A stretch of 64,000 bases of DNA from Pyrinomonadaceae bacterium (GTDB lineage: Bacteria > Acidobacteriota > Blastocatellia > Pyrinomonadales > Pyrinomonadaceae), in contig DASVPO010000009.1 in assembly GCA_036382855.1 (NCBI GenBank), forward strand, positions 197,182 to 261,181, read 5' to 3'. Positions 24,226 to 34,103 of this stretch are shown piece by piece (within the stretch, counting starts at the first letter, position 1; each line of letters opens with the position of its first letter). Under the pieces are notes generated by a model. That model was not told the origin of the DNA. It ran no database searches and was given only the letters and a program-made list of their open reading frames with translations. Made by a program: the position numbers and the translations under genes.

Positions 24226-26694
24226 CTAGCGCTCCTTAACGCCGGTTGCGGGTGGCGGAGGCGACGGCAAGTTCTCATTTCTCTTGCCCGTCAGACCGTA
24301 GCGACCTATGTAGTAGAGCGTGAACGACAGGAGGCCGAACGCTATCAACGCCGTCAACCTGTTTTCATGGAACCACTCAGGCAAGTATCTGCCGAAATCC
24401 AACATTTCGGCTTTACCGAGCCCCTGCGGAATCGCCAACAGCAGACCGGCGATAGCGCCGCCCGCGATGAGGCCGGAGCTATAGAGAACGCCCGGGCCGC
24501 TCTCCTCTTCGGCCAGCGTGCGTTTGCCGCGCGAGACGCGCTCGACCAGAGCGCGCACTCCGCCGCCGACAAAGATGGTGGCGGAGGTTGCGAGCGGCAG
24601 GTACATGCCGACCGCAAACGGCAACGCAGAGATGCCGACAATCTCAAGCAGGATAGAGATAAACGCGCCGATGAGAATCAGCGACCAGGGCAGCTTTTGC
24701 GTCAACACGCCGTCAACCAGCACGGCCATCAACTGCGCTTTCGGCGCGTCAAACTTCGAGTTTGGCCCAGTCTCAACCTGCTCGTATTTAGCCACGCCTC
24801 CGTTATCCACAAAGAAGGTGCGTGTCTTACCGCCTTCTTTCACGAGTGCCAGATTATAGGTGTTGCCATCCAGACCTCGCGTCTGCCCTTTCATTTCGAC
24901 ATTCGGACCGGCTGCAATCGGCTGCGTCGGCAAATCCGTGCTGGAGATGGCCGCGCGCGTGCCGCCGACGCCCGGATTGATGCGGTAGCGAAGCTCGCCG
25001 CTCTGGTCTGTCAGATACTGGCCCGACGGAATAATCGTGCCGTCCGTGCCCTTCTCATCTGCCGAAAGACGATGCACGTAGAAAGGCCCGCCGGAAAGTT
25101 GCCCGCCTTTCATATCGCCTTTGTCCCATTGCTGGTCGCCGGGGTTGATGGTCGCGCGGTAGGCCGGATAATTGGCCGGAAGCAAATTGGTGTAAGACGT
25201 GTTCAGGTAGTTGAGCGTCCACGCAATCAACAGCGCAGAGGTGGTCGCGCCAATCATTAAGCCCCACTGCATACGCGACGGTGTACCGCCGACCAGATAA
25301 CCCGTCTTCAAATCCTGCGAGGTCGTGCCAGCGTTCGATGCGGCGATACAGACGACCGCGCCGACCGACAGCGCAAGCACGCGCGAATCTGCCCCGCCCA
25401 TCCCCAGAATCAGAAAGATGAGCGAGGTCAAAAGAATCGTGGCGATGGTCATGCCGGAAATCGGATTTGACGAAGAACCAATCTCGCCCGTGATGCGAGA
25501 GGAAACAGTTGCGAAGAAGAACCCGAAGAGCAGCACCAGCAACACCGAGAGGATGTTCATCGCAACACCGCTGCCCGGTGAGCCTGCGAAATTCAACCAG
25601 ATGAAAATAGCGATTGCCAGAATGATGATGCCGCCGACGACGAAGGTCATAGGCATGTCGCGCTCCGTGCGCGGCACTTCCTGACCGTCGCCCTTTTTGC
25701 CCGCGCCGAAGCTACCGACCGAAGATTTGAAGGCACTGAGAATCGTCGGCAGCGTGCGGACGAGGCTGATGATGCCGCCCGTGGCGACAGCGCCCGCCGC
25801 TATGTAGCGTATGTATAAATCCTGTACTTGCCCGGAAGTCATTTCGGAGATGAGCGGCCCGCCGGGAAGCACAGGGAAGAGCGGCGCTGTGTAGCCCGCG
25901 CCGAAAAACTTGACCATCGGAATCAGCACCAACGCCGAGAGGAAACCGCCGCCGACCATCATCGCCGCCACGCGCGGCCCTATGATGTAGCCGACGCCCA
26001 GAAGTTCCGGCGAGATGTCTGCTGCAATCGTTGCTCCCTGATATTTTCTGAGGACATATGAGGGCGCTTCGTTCCACAGTCGCATGCCCTTCATCAACAG
26101 CGTGTAGAAGGCCGCAACGCCGAAGCCCGTAAACACCGTCTTAGCATCCGTCCCGCCCTTTTCTCCGACGACCAACACTTCGGCGCACGCAGTCCCCTCC
26201 GGGTAAATCAGCTTGCCGTGCTCTTTGACAATCAGAGCACGCCTGAGAGGTATCATCAGTAAGACGCCGAGCCAGCCTCCCAGAAGTGCGACTATCGTGA
26301 TGCGCGGAATCTCAAGGTCGTAGCCGAGAATCAGGAGCGCGGGCATCGTGAAAACAATACCGGCGGCGATTGATTCTCCGGCCGAGCCAGTCGTTTGCGC
26401 GATGTTGTTCTCCAAGATAGAAGCACGACCCAGAGCGCGGAAGATAGAGATGGACATCACCGCAATCGGAATCGAGGCCGAAACGGTCAGCCCGACGCGC
26501 AGCGCCAGATAGACGCTCGATGCGCCGAAGATGATGCCGAGGATGGAGCCGAGGATGACGGCCCGCGGCGTGAACTCCGGGAGGAACGTCGAGGCCGGAA
26601 CGAAAGGCTTATGCACGGCATAGCTTTCGGCCACGGGAACGTGCGCCTCATCAACAATGTCCGGCTTGACCCCATTAATGGTTTCAGTCGCCAT
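24226..26694 (-). CDS. OPT-family oligopeptide transporter with ~150-aa hydrophilic insertion
   Basis: N-terminal [38 protein letters not shown] is the hallmark OPT block. 822 aa against a typical ~650 because of an internal soluble insert. Confidence 0.85.
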   Translation of the reverse strand: MATETINGVKPDIVDEAHVPVAESYAVHKPFVPASTFLPEFTPRAVILGSILGIIFGASSVYLALRVGLTVSASIPIAVMSISIFRALGRASILENNIAQTTGSAGESIAAGIVFTMPALLILGYDLEIPRITIVALLGGWLGVLLMIPLRRALIVKEHGKLIYPEGTACAEVLVVGEKGGTDAKTVFTGFGVAAFYTLLMKGMRLWNEAPSYVLRKYQGATIAADISPELLGVGYIIGPRVAAMMVGGGFLSALVLIPMVKFFGAGYTAPLFPVLPGGPLISEMTSGQVQDLYIRYIAAGAVATGGIISLVRTLPTILSAFKSSVGSFGAGKKGDGQEVPRTERDMPMTFVVGGIIILAIAIFIWLNFAGSPGSGVAMNILSVLLVLLFGFFFATVSSRITGEIGSSSNPISGMTIATILLTSLIFLILGMGGADSRVLALSVGAVVCIAASNAGTTSQDLKTGYLVGGTPSRMQWGLMIGATTSALLIAWTLNYLNTSYTNLLPANYPAYRATINPGDQQWDKGDMKGGQLSGGPFYVHRLSADEKGTDGTIIPSGQYLTDQSGELRYRINPGVGGTRAAISSTDLPTQPIAAGPNVEMKGQTRGLDGNTYNLALVKEGGKTRTFFVDNGGVAKYEQVETGPNSKFDAPKAQLMAVLVDGVLTQKLPWSLILIGAFISILLEIVGISALPFAVGMYLPLATSATIFVGGGVRALVERVSRGKRTLAEEESGPGVLYSSGLIAGGAIAGLLLAIPQGLGKAEMLDFGRYLPEWFHENRLTALIAFGLLSFTLYYIGRYGLTGKRNENLPSPPPPATGVKER

Positions 26695-27041
26695 CAGAAA
26701 GTGACCTCCGAATTAGATTCTTAACAAGGGGAGCAAAGGGTGATATTCGGGCATACTGTACCTCTCTCTTATCGCCAGAGCAAGCGTATTTTCAATAATT
26801 TCGAGCCACTTACAACTCCACCCGGCAGGCGGCAACAATGATGCTTGCAGACTGCAACATTAAAAGATTCAACCTCGCAGCGGTTAACTAAACCCTCGCT
26901 GCCTGCCGCTCAAAGTTTAGCTCTCATCTTTCAACATACGGCCGCCGCACTTTCGCCTTCAACCCATTTACATTACACTTGCCACGCACGGTCTTTTCCC
27001 ATGTTCTGATTTTCAATCTTCATTGCCGGAGTCTTCCGCCT

Positions 27042-29417
27042 ATGCGGTCACGCTCGCTCGCGCTCCTTTTGCTCTTCATCTTCATTCTCTTCTGCTCGCT
27101 TGAGAGCGAGCGCGCACAGGCGCAGCCGCGCTCTGCCCGTCAAGAGACGCGCGATACAAGAGGGAGCGTGCCTGCGCCGGAAGATGTGCTCGGCTTTCAT
27201 CCCGGCGATGATCGGAAGCTTGCGAGTTGGCGCGAGGTCATCGAATACTTCAAGCGGCTCGACGCGGCAAGCGACCGCCTGCGCTTCGAAGAACTCGGAC
27301 GCTCGACGATGAATGCGCCCTTCGTGATGGCGACCATCAGCGCGCCGGAGAATCTGGCGCGTCTCGATGAGTTCAAATCCATCCAGCGCAAGCTTGCAGA
27401 CCCGCGCAGGCTTGGGCCCAATCCAGAGCGCGAGGCTGCACAACTCATCGCGCGCGGCAAGACCATAGTGCTCATCACCTGCGGCATACACTCCACAGAG
27501 GTCGGCTCTTATCTCTCAAGCATGCTGATTGCGCATCGTCTGGCTTCCAGCAACGAGCCTTTGATTCGCGCCATCCTGCGCGACACGATTGTGCTGCTCG
27601 TTCCGTCTTTGAACCCTGACGGCGTTGACATCGTTAAAAACTGGTACGACAAAACTCTCGGCACGCCCTTCGAAGGCACAGACCCGCCCACGCTCTATCA
27701 CAAATACGTCGGCCACGATAACAACCGCGACTGGTATGCCTTCACGCAGGTAGAGACCGAGATTACCGTCAGCAAGATTCACAACGTCTGGCATCCGCAG
27801 ATAGTCCACGACATACACCAGCAGGGCGAGTTTGGCTCTCGTCTTTTTCTGCCGCCCTACATGCCGCCCGTCGAGCCGAACGTGCCGCCGCAGATTGTCG
27901 AAGGCTACACGGAGTTGGGCGACGCGATAGCGCGCGAGATGCGCGCCACAGGATTCAAAGGCATCACCACGAATACGACCTACGACGCATGGACTCCGGC
28001 CCGCGCCTATTCACACTATCACGGCGGCGTTCGCATTCTCTCCGAGACTGCTTCGGCCAAGCTCGCCACGCCCATCAACGTCAAGTTCGATGAACTGCGC
28101 TCGCGCGAAGGCTACGACCCGCATAAAGAGTCTGACAAATACTCTCCGCTCTGGCGCGGCGGCCAGTGGCGCTTGCGCGACATCACAAACTACATGACAA
28201 GCGCCGCCTTCTCTCTTCTCAAACACGCCGCCGGTAATCGCGAGCGCTGGCTCTCCAGATTCTACGAGATTGGGAAAGAGGCCGTGCGCCCGCGCCGCAA
28301 TGGAGAATTATTCGGCTTTCTGTTGCCGCGTCCTCCATCGAGAGGCATCGGTAATGAGTCTGCGATAACGCGCATCCTCACGATGGGCGGAGTCAAGATT
28401 GAAAGCACGGAACAGGGGCAGTTAGTCAGGCTGGACCAGCCTTACGGAGCTTTCGCCAAAGCCCTGCTCGAACCGCAACGCTATCCAGACCTGCGCGACG
28501 ATGAAGGGCATCCCATCGCTCCGTATGATGTCACGGCTCACACGCTCCCGCTGCTGATGGGCGTTAAAGCCACGCCCGTCTATGCTCCGTTTAGTTATAA
28601 GACGACAACATACTGGTGGCTTGGCGGACTCTTCGGCTGTAGTCGTGGCGTCGGGCGCGTCGCCATCTATAAGTCTCACGTGCCGTCTATGGACGAAGGC
28701 TGGACGCGCTGGCTGTTGAGAGAAGCAAAAGGCTTTCCAGAGAACGAACGTAAATGTCTGACAGTCTCATCGCTTGAAGATAAGGAAGCGAGGACGGAGA
28801 ACCTGATTAGCAAGTACGACACGATTATTATCCCGGACCAATCGCCGCGCGTAATCCTTGAAGGTCACAGGCTGGGCACGATGCCTACTGAGTTAACAGG
28901 CGGCCTCGGCCCGGAAGGCACAAAGCGACTGCGCGAGTTTGTCGAGCAGGGCGGCACGCTCATCTGCCTCAACCGCGCATCGAATTTTGCCATCGAACAA
29001 TTCAAGCTGCCCGTGCGCGACATCACGGCCTCATGGAAGCGTACGGAATTTTACGCGCCCGGCTCAATCCTGCGCACGGAGATTGACACTTCGCACACGA
29101 TTGCTATGAACATGCCGCGCGAGTCAATCGCGTGGGTGGAGAATTCGCCTGTCTTCGAGATTAAGAGCGACCCGCTCGCGCTCGTGCGCGTTAAAATCAT
29201 TGCTCGTTATCCTGCTCATGCCGACCCGCTGCTTTCCGGCTGGCTGCTCGGCGGCGAGAGAATCAGAGGCAAGGCGGCGCTGATGGAGGTTGGATTGGGG
29301 CAGGGCCGAATTTATCTCTACGGTTTCAGGCCGCAGTATCGCGCGCAATCGCTGGCGACCTATCCGCTCTTCTTCAACGCCATTCGTCCTCGTACTACTG
29401 CTCTTGCAACCCCCTGA
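27042..29417 (+). CDS. secreted M14-family zinc carboxypeptidase-like protein with large C-terminal extension
   Basis: Signal peptide MRSRSLALLLLFIFILFCSLESERAQA. HxxE zinc motif GIHSTEVGS and second His context VHDIHQQGEF. ~790 aa mature protein. The track ORF start at 26979 lies upstream of the signal peptide. Confidence 0.65.
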   Translation: MRSRSLALLLLFIFILFCSLESERAQAQPRSARQETRDTRGSVPAPEDVLGFHPGDDRKLASWREVIEYFKRLDAASDRLRFEELGRSTMNAPFVMATISAPENLARLDEFKSIQRKLADPRRLGPNPEREAAQLIARGKTIVLITCGIHSTEVGSYLSSMLIAHRLASSNEPLIRAILRDTIVLLVPSLNPDGVDIVKNWYDKTLGTPFEGTDPPTLYHKYVGHDNNRDWYAFTQVETEITVSKIHNVWHPQIVHDIHQQGEFGSRLFLPPYMPPVEPNVPPQIVEGYTELGDAIAREMRATGFKGITTNTTYDAWTPARAYSHYHGGVRILSETASAKLATPINVKFDELRSREGYDPHKESDKYSPLWRGGQWRLRDITNYMTSAAFSLLKHAAGNRERWLSRFYEIGKEAVRPRRNGELFGFLLPRPPSRGIGNESAITRILTMGGVKIESTEQGQLVRLDQPYGAFAKALLEPQRYPDLRDDEGHPIAPYDVTAHTLPLLMGVKATPVYAPFSYKTTTYWWLGGLFGCSRGVGRVAIYKSHVPSMDEGWTRWLLREAKGFPENERKCLTVSSLEDKEARTENLISKYDTIIIPDQSPRVILEGHRLGTMPTELTGGLGPEGTKRLREFVEQGGTLICLNRASNFAIEQFKLPVRDITASWKRTEFYAPGSILRTEIDTSHTIAMNMPRESIAWVENSPVFEIKSDPLALVRVKIIARYPAHADPLLSGWLLGGERIRGKAALMEVGLGQGRIYLYGFRPQYRAQSLATYPLFFNAIRPRTTALATP

Positions 29418-29431
29418 TGGAGTAATCTGGA

Positions 29432-29950
29432 ATGAAGCACAGAGACGACAGAGCGAAGATGTTGCTCACGGAGATGCTGTTTGTCAGGTTGTGCTGCTGT
29501 CTTTTGCTGTTGGCTGTTGCAGCCGGTTGCGGTAACAACGCAAACGTGAGCAACGCAGACAACCGTTCTCAGTCCACGTCCTCCAGCCGGACTCAGGAGA
29601 ACGGCGGCGCGACCGCGCAACCGACGAGCGATGACAGCGGTGCTGTCACGCAGCAGACGGTAGGAAGCAAGGCCGAAGAGGCTTGCCGTAAGTATGAGTC
29701 CTGCGGCTGTCAGGCGTTCGCGCAGTGTATGGAACAGATTGGCAACGACCCTTCAATCGAGGCAGGGATTGGCGATTGCATGATTAAGTCCAGTTGCCAG
29801 AGCTTGTGCGCGGGCAAGCCTGACGGATGCCCTAAGACCAACACAGGCCCGCAGAGGTCTAATTGCTCCGCGATTCCGTGCAGCAAGAATTCCGACTGTC
29901 CATCGGATTGCTATGGCGGCTGCGACGGTGTTATCTGCTACGCGTTCTGA
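29432..29950 (+). CDS. small cysteine-rich lipoprotein
   Basis: Signal peptide with lipobox LLLLAVAAGC. Mature part has ~14 Cys (CRKYESCGCQAFAQC...CQSLCAGKPDGCP...CSAIPCSKNSDCPSDCYGGCDGVICYAF). Start may be at an internal Met (MLLTEM or MLFVRL). Confidence 0.5.
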   Translation: MKHRDDRAKMLLTEMLFVRLCCCLLLLAVAAGCGNNANVSNADNRSQSTSSSRTQENGGATAQPTSDDSGAVTQQTVGSKAEEACRKYESCGCQAFAQCMEQIGNDPSIEAGIGDCMIKSSCQSLCAGKPDGCPKTNTGPQRSNCSAIPCSKNSDCPSDCYGGCDGVICYAF

Positions 29951-30131
29951 TGGCGTGCGGGGCAGCAAGAGTAAGAAGCAAGTAAGAAACAAGGCGGCCT
30001 CTGTTATCTCGTTTGTCGCTTCCGGGAGCTTGAACATTTAGGGGCGCTCAGGCGTATAATGATGACGGATAGACGCCCGGCAGAAGCGCGTACCCTAGAG
30101 GAAAGCCATCGCGCAGGCGTCTTGCGGCCAA

Positions 30132-30839
30132 ATGGTCACTGTTCTCGTCACCTCGTTTCTCCTGTTCGCTGCAATCTCCTACGCTATTTACTGGTGGCAA
30201 CGCAGTTCGTCTAACCTGAACGCAGAAGAACGCCTTCTGCCGCCGGCACACACGGGCGGACTCTTCGGCCACATCAGCCCCGCGGAAGAAGCAGCCCTCT
30301 TAGCCGCCGAGAAAGCGGAGCGCCAATCAGCACTCCGCTCAACGCTGCTCAAGCGCGCCAGCGAAGGCGACCGCAAGGTTTTAGACGAAGCGAAAGAGAT
30401 GGCCGATGCGAACCTGTACGACGAAGTGCTAGACGCTTTGACCGAGCAGGCCGACACAGACCAGCGATTGCTCGCGCTCGTCTCCTACATCGCCAGACAC
30501 GATGGCCTGCGCGTTAATGCGAATCTGGCTACGAAGTTTATCGAAAGCTGGAAGCGTGAGCCTGAGCGCAAGACGACGGCCCGCGTGCTTCACGTCGCAG
30601 CGCTCTCGGGCGATGCGCACGTTTACCAGCAGGCCGTGGAAACAACTGTTCAATACTGGCGCGACGGGCGCGTGCCCGCGCTCGAAGCCGGCGAGTTGCG
30701 CCAACTCGTCGAGAGTGAATACTGGCTCTTGCCCGCCGAAAGCCGCAACTCCGGCGCGGGCTTTACCCTGAAACAAACGCTGGCGCGTCTCCGCCGTCAA
30801 CTAGCGGCAACAACTAACAGCGTCAATCGTGATTCGTGA
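30132..30839 (+). CDS. hypothetical protein with N-terminal TM helix
   Basis: MVTVLVTSFLLFAAISYAIYWW followed by a helical Ala/Leu/Glu/Arg-rich soluble region. Confidence 0.45.
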   Translation: MVTVLVTSFLLFAAISYAIYWWQRSSSNLNAEERLLPPAHTGGLFGHISPAEEAALLAAEKAERQSALRSTLLKRASEGDRKVLDEAKEMADANLYDEVLDALTEQADTDQRLLALVSYIARHDGLRVNANLATKFIESWKREPERKTTARVLHVAALSGDAHVYQQAVETTVQYWRDGRVPALEAGELRQLVESEYWLLPAESRNSGAGFTLKQTLARLRRQLAATTNSVNRDS

Positions 30840-30890
30840 AAGAGACGACACAACTTTGCTGTCGTCGCTGAAGATTCGCGATTCCCTTCT

Positions 30891-33098
30891 TTGAGGACTA
30901 CCATGAACAACACAGATATTACGTCCTGGATTCCCTACATCGTCGTCGGCGTGATTGCGCTGATTGTGCTGCTCGTCATCCTGAGCCGCATTCTCGTCAA
31001 CGTCGGCGCGAAAGAGATAGCGATTAAAGAGCGGCGCTACTTTGGCCGCAAGATGCCTCCCGGCCGTGTCGTCGCCACCGAAGGCGAAGTCGGCATTCAG
31101 GCAGATGTCCTGAAGCCGGGCCTGCATCTCATCAAGTATCCGTTTGAACGCGTCGTGCATAAAGTGCCGCTGATTGAGATCGGCGCTGATGAGATTGGCA
31201 TCATCGAAGCGGTTGACGGCGAGCCGATGCCGCCGGGCAGAATCTTCGCGCCGGACCGCGCGCAGAACGCACACAACAATTTTCAGGACCCGATTGCTTT
31301 CATCAAGCAGGGCGGCGTCAAGGGCATCCAACTGCGTACGCTGCCGCCGGGCCTCTGGCCGATTCACCCTTACCTGTTTCGCGTTTCGGTGACAAAAGCA
31401 ACGGTCGTCCCGCCGGGCAAGGTGGGCGTCGTCACGGCAGCCGACGGTGCGCCGCTCGACGCCGGACGCCTCCACGGCAAAGCCATAGAGGGCCACATCA
31501 ACTTCCAGAACGCAGAGTTTTTCATAGGCTCAGGCGGCCAGAAAGGCCCGCAGGTTGAAATCCTGACGCCCGGCACATATCGCATCCTGACCAACTCGGT
31601 TGACGTTGAAAACAACAACTCCGTCAAGCCTGGCCTCTTTACAGTTCGCCTTTTCGACGCGACCGTGATTAACGAAAACGAGATTGGCCTTGTCGAAGCC
31701 TTGGACGGCGCGCCGCTTGACCCGCGCGACTACGTGGCAACGCCCGTCGAAGGCCACGATAATTTTCAGGATTGCAACGAGTTCATCACCGGCGGCGGCC
31801 AACGCGGCCCGCAGAAAGACATCCTGCTGCCCGGCACTTACTACATCAACCCGCTCGTCTTCAAGGTGATTCCAGAGACGGCGAAGGAAGTCAAACCGGG
31901 CGAGGTCGCCGTGATTGTTTCCAATATCGGCAAAGACCCCGGCGAGGAAGTGCGCCGTTCGATGGCGGCGAAGGTGCGCGAACGTATGGAGCGCGAAGAG
32001 CAGGAACACGTCGAGCAGGCAGCCGCGCGTCTTGACAAGCTTTCGGACGAAAACCGCAACGTCTCGGAGATTCAGGAAGACCTGCTTTCGGGCGACCCGG
32101 CAGACCGTCGCCTTGACGAGGGCGCACACGAAGCTTACGTCGTGCCTGAAGGCTACAGAGGCATACAGGAGACGGTCGTCGGCCCCGGCCGCTACTACGT
32201 CAACACGCTCGCCATCACTCCCATCGTCATCCCGACGACGAACCAGACCGTTGAGTGGACTGCGGGCGAAGTCAATCAATCGTTCAACCCGTTCGAGGTC
32301 ATCTCGAAGGACGGCTTCACGATGCAGTTGGAGGTGCGCGTCGTCTTCCGCGTGAAGCCCGAAGATGCGCCCTTCATGGTCGCGAAGATTGGCTCGATTG
32401 ATAAGCTCATCCAGAACGTGATGCACCCCTTGATTGACTCCATCTTCCGCAATCAGGCTTCGGAATCAAGTGCGATGGCCTACTTGCAGAATCGCCACGA
32501 GGAGCAGGAGCGTGCGGAGGCGCGCGTGCGCGCACATCTCTTGAAGTATCACGTTGACGTTGTCAACGTGCTTATCTGCCACATACATCTCCCTGCGGAG
32601 TTGATGAAGACGCAGACCGAGAAGATTCTCGCGGAGCAGCGGCAGAACATGTTTGACGCGCAACGCGAGGCCGAAGAGAAGCGCATTCAACTTGAGAAGA
32701 TTACGGCGCAGGCCAACAACCAGAAAGACTTGATGGCTGCGACCGTCGGCGTTGAAATCTCCGGCAAGCGCGCCGAACAGCGCAAAGCGGAGGCCGAAGG
32801 TGAGGCACACTACATTCTCGCGACGGGCAAAGCGGAAGCCGAAAGGGTGAGACTGATGGGCGAGGCACAGGGCGTCGCCTATCACGAACAGGTCAACGCG
32901 CTCGGCGCGCAGGGTGTGGCCCTCGTCGAAACCCTCAAGGTCATCGGCGAGAAAAACGTCCGCATCACGCCCGACGTGATGGCATCGGGCGGCAATGGCG
33001 ACGGAGGCGGCGGCATCGGAACGTTGCTCCTGCTCAACCTCTTCAAAGACCGCCTGAATCTGCCGGGCGACAACGGCTCGAAGTCAAACGGCAAGTAA
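30891..33098 (+). CDS. flotillin-like SPFH/band-7 protein with triplicated N-terminal repeat
   Basis: N-terminal TM helix. Three ~85-aa tandem repeats (DG.P...G...NFQ....FI..GG..G.Q...L.PG.Y). Flotillin-type C-terminus rich in EA repeats (KAEAEGEAHYILATGKAEAERVRLMGEAQ). Confidence 0.8.
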   Translation: MRTTMNNTDITSWIPYIVVGVIALIVLLVILSRILVNVGAKEIAIKERRYFGRKMPPGRVVATEGEVGIQADVLKPGLHLIKYPFERVVHKVPLIEIGADEIGIIEAVDGEPMPPGRIFAPDRAQNAHNNFQDPIAFIKQGGVKGIQLRTLPPGLWPIHPYLFRVSVTKATVVPPGKVGVVTAADGAPLDAGRLHGKAIEGHINFQNAEFFIGSGGQKGPQVEILTPGTYRILTNSVDVENNNSVKPGLFTVRLFDATVINENEIGLVEALDGAPLDPRDYVATPVEGHDNFQDCNEFITGGGQRGPQKDILLPGTYYINPLVFKVIPETAKEVKPGEVAVIVSNIGKDPGEEVRRSMAAKVRERMEREEQEHVEQAAARLDKLSDENRNVSEIQEDLLSGDPADRRLDEGAHEAYVVPEGYRGIQETVVGPGRYYVNTLAITPIVIPTTNQTVEWTAGEVNQSFNPFEVISKDGFTMQLEVRVVFRVKPEDAPFMVAKIGSIDKLIQNVMHPLIDSIFRNQASESSAMAYLQNRHEEQERAEARVRAHLLKYHVDVVNVLICHIHLPAELMKTQTEKILAEQRQNMFDAQREAEEKRIQLEKITAQANNQKDLMAATVGVEISGKRAEQRKAEAEGEAHYILATGKAEAERVRLMGEAQGVAYHEQVNALGAQGVALVETLKVIGEKNVRITPDVMASGGNGDGGGGIGTLLLLNLFKDRLNLPGDNGSKSNGK

Positions 33099-33120
33099 GC
33101 CAAACTATTAGTCCATGACA

Positions 33121-33161
33121 GAAGCGGCTGCCCTGAATCAAACAGGGCGGCCGCTTTTTTC
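33121..33161 (+). terminator. rho-independent terminator after the flotillin-like gene
   Basis: GAAGCGGCTGCCCTGaatcaaaCAGGGCGGCCGCTTTTTTCG. 13-bp GC-rich stem plus T6. Confidence 0.75.
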
Positions 33162-33340
33162 GTCAGGTCTCTACGGCGCGAGTGTTGGCAAAAGGCGTCC
33201 TTGCGGGTATGATGACGCGCTCGTTTGCTCGCGCTCTCGTTTTTGTCGTGCTGCCTTTGGCCGTCGCCTTTTCCTTTGAGCCGTCGAAGCGAGCGCATCA
33301 CATTTGTAGCTCTATCAAACTTCCCCGGAGGAATCACCAC

Positions 33341-33982
33341 ATGAAAAAAGTCAAAGCCATCCTGGCAATCGTCCTCGCCAGCCAACTCCTGCTCGCCTGT
33401 AGCAAGGAGGCGACTAACAGCAACAGCAATAGCAACGGCAACAGCAACGCCAACTCGAATTCGAAGACGACCAACACAACGACCTCTACCAACACCAACA
33501 CGTCGAAACCGGCCAACACCAGCGCTGACGCGCCCGCTAAACAGACTGCGACCGCGCCGTCCGGCGCAAACATCTACACGCACGCCGAAGGTGGCATACA
33601 GTTTGAAGTGCCCGCCGGATGGAAGGCCGAGCCAAACGGCGAGCAGATGACGCTCTCAACTCAGGATAGTTCGCTCAGCATCGTTCTCTGGGTTCCAGCC
33701 GAAGATAATTTCGACGAGGCGGTTAACGAGCTTGATAAGGAACTGGGCAAGACGATTACTAACATCAAGCCGGGCGGCGAGCCGCGAGAGACGACCGTCG
33801 GCGGCATGCCAACCTTCAGCCAGTCAGGCACGGGCGTCGTCGAAGGCAACCAGATTCAGTGGGCCGTTGACATCATCAAGGCCAAGAAGCCCGTCATCGT
33901 GCTCACCTTCGCCGCACCCGGCATCTGGGAAAAGCATCAGGGCGACTATCAAAAATTCGCGAGCAGCATCAAGCCCGCCTAA
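33341..33982 (+). CDS. lipoprotein with Asn/Ser/Thr low-complexity linker
   Basis: GGAGGA RBS 9 nt upstream of ATG 33341. MKKVKAILAIVLASQLLLAC lipobox. TNSNSNSNGNSNANSNSKTTNTTTSTNTNTS linker encoded by AACAGC-type repeats. The track ORF start at 33182 is upstream and out of context. Confidence 0.6.
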   Translation: MKKVKAILAIVLASQLLLACSKEATNSNSNSNGNSNANSNSKTTNTTTSTNTNTSKPANTSADAPAKQTATAPSGANIYTHAEGGIQFEVPAGWKAEPNGEQMTLSTQDSSLSIVLWVPAEDNFDEAVNELDKELGKTITNIKPGGEPRETTVGGMPTFSQSGTGVVEGNQIQWAVDIIKAKKPVIVLTFAAPGIWEKHQGDYQKFASSIKPA

Positions 33983-34103
33983 TAAGTTAAGACGAAAAAA
34001 TTTCAACGCACGCGAAAGCACACGCCAACGACAAGCAAGAGTAATTCTCTGCGCTGTCGTTGGCGTGTGCTTCAGTATCGCAAGACCGCGCCTTTGAGCG
34101 GCT

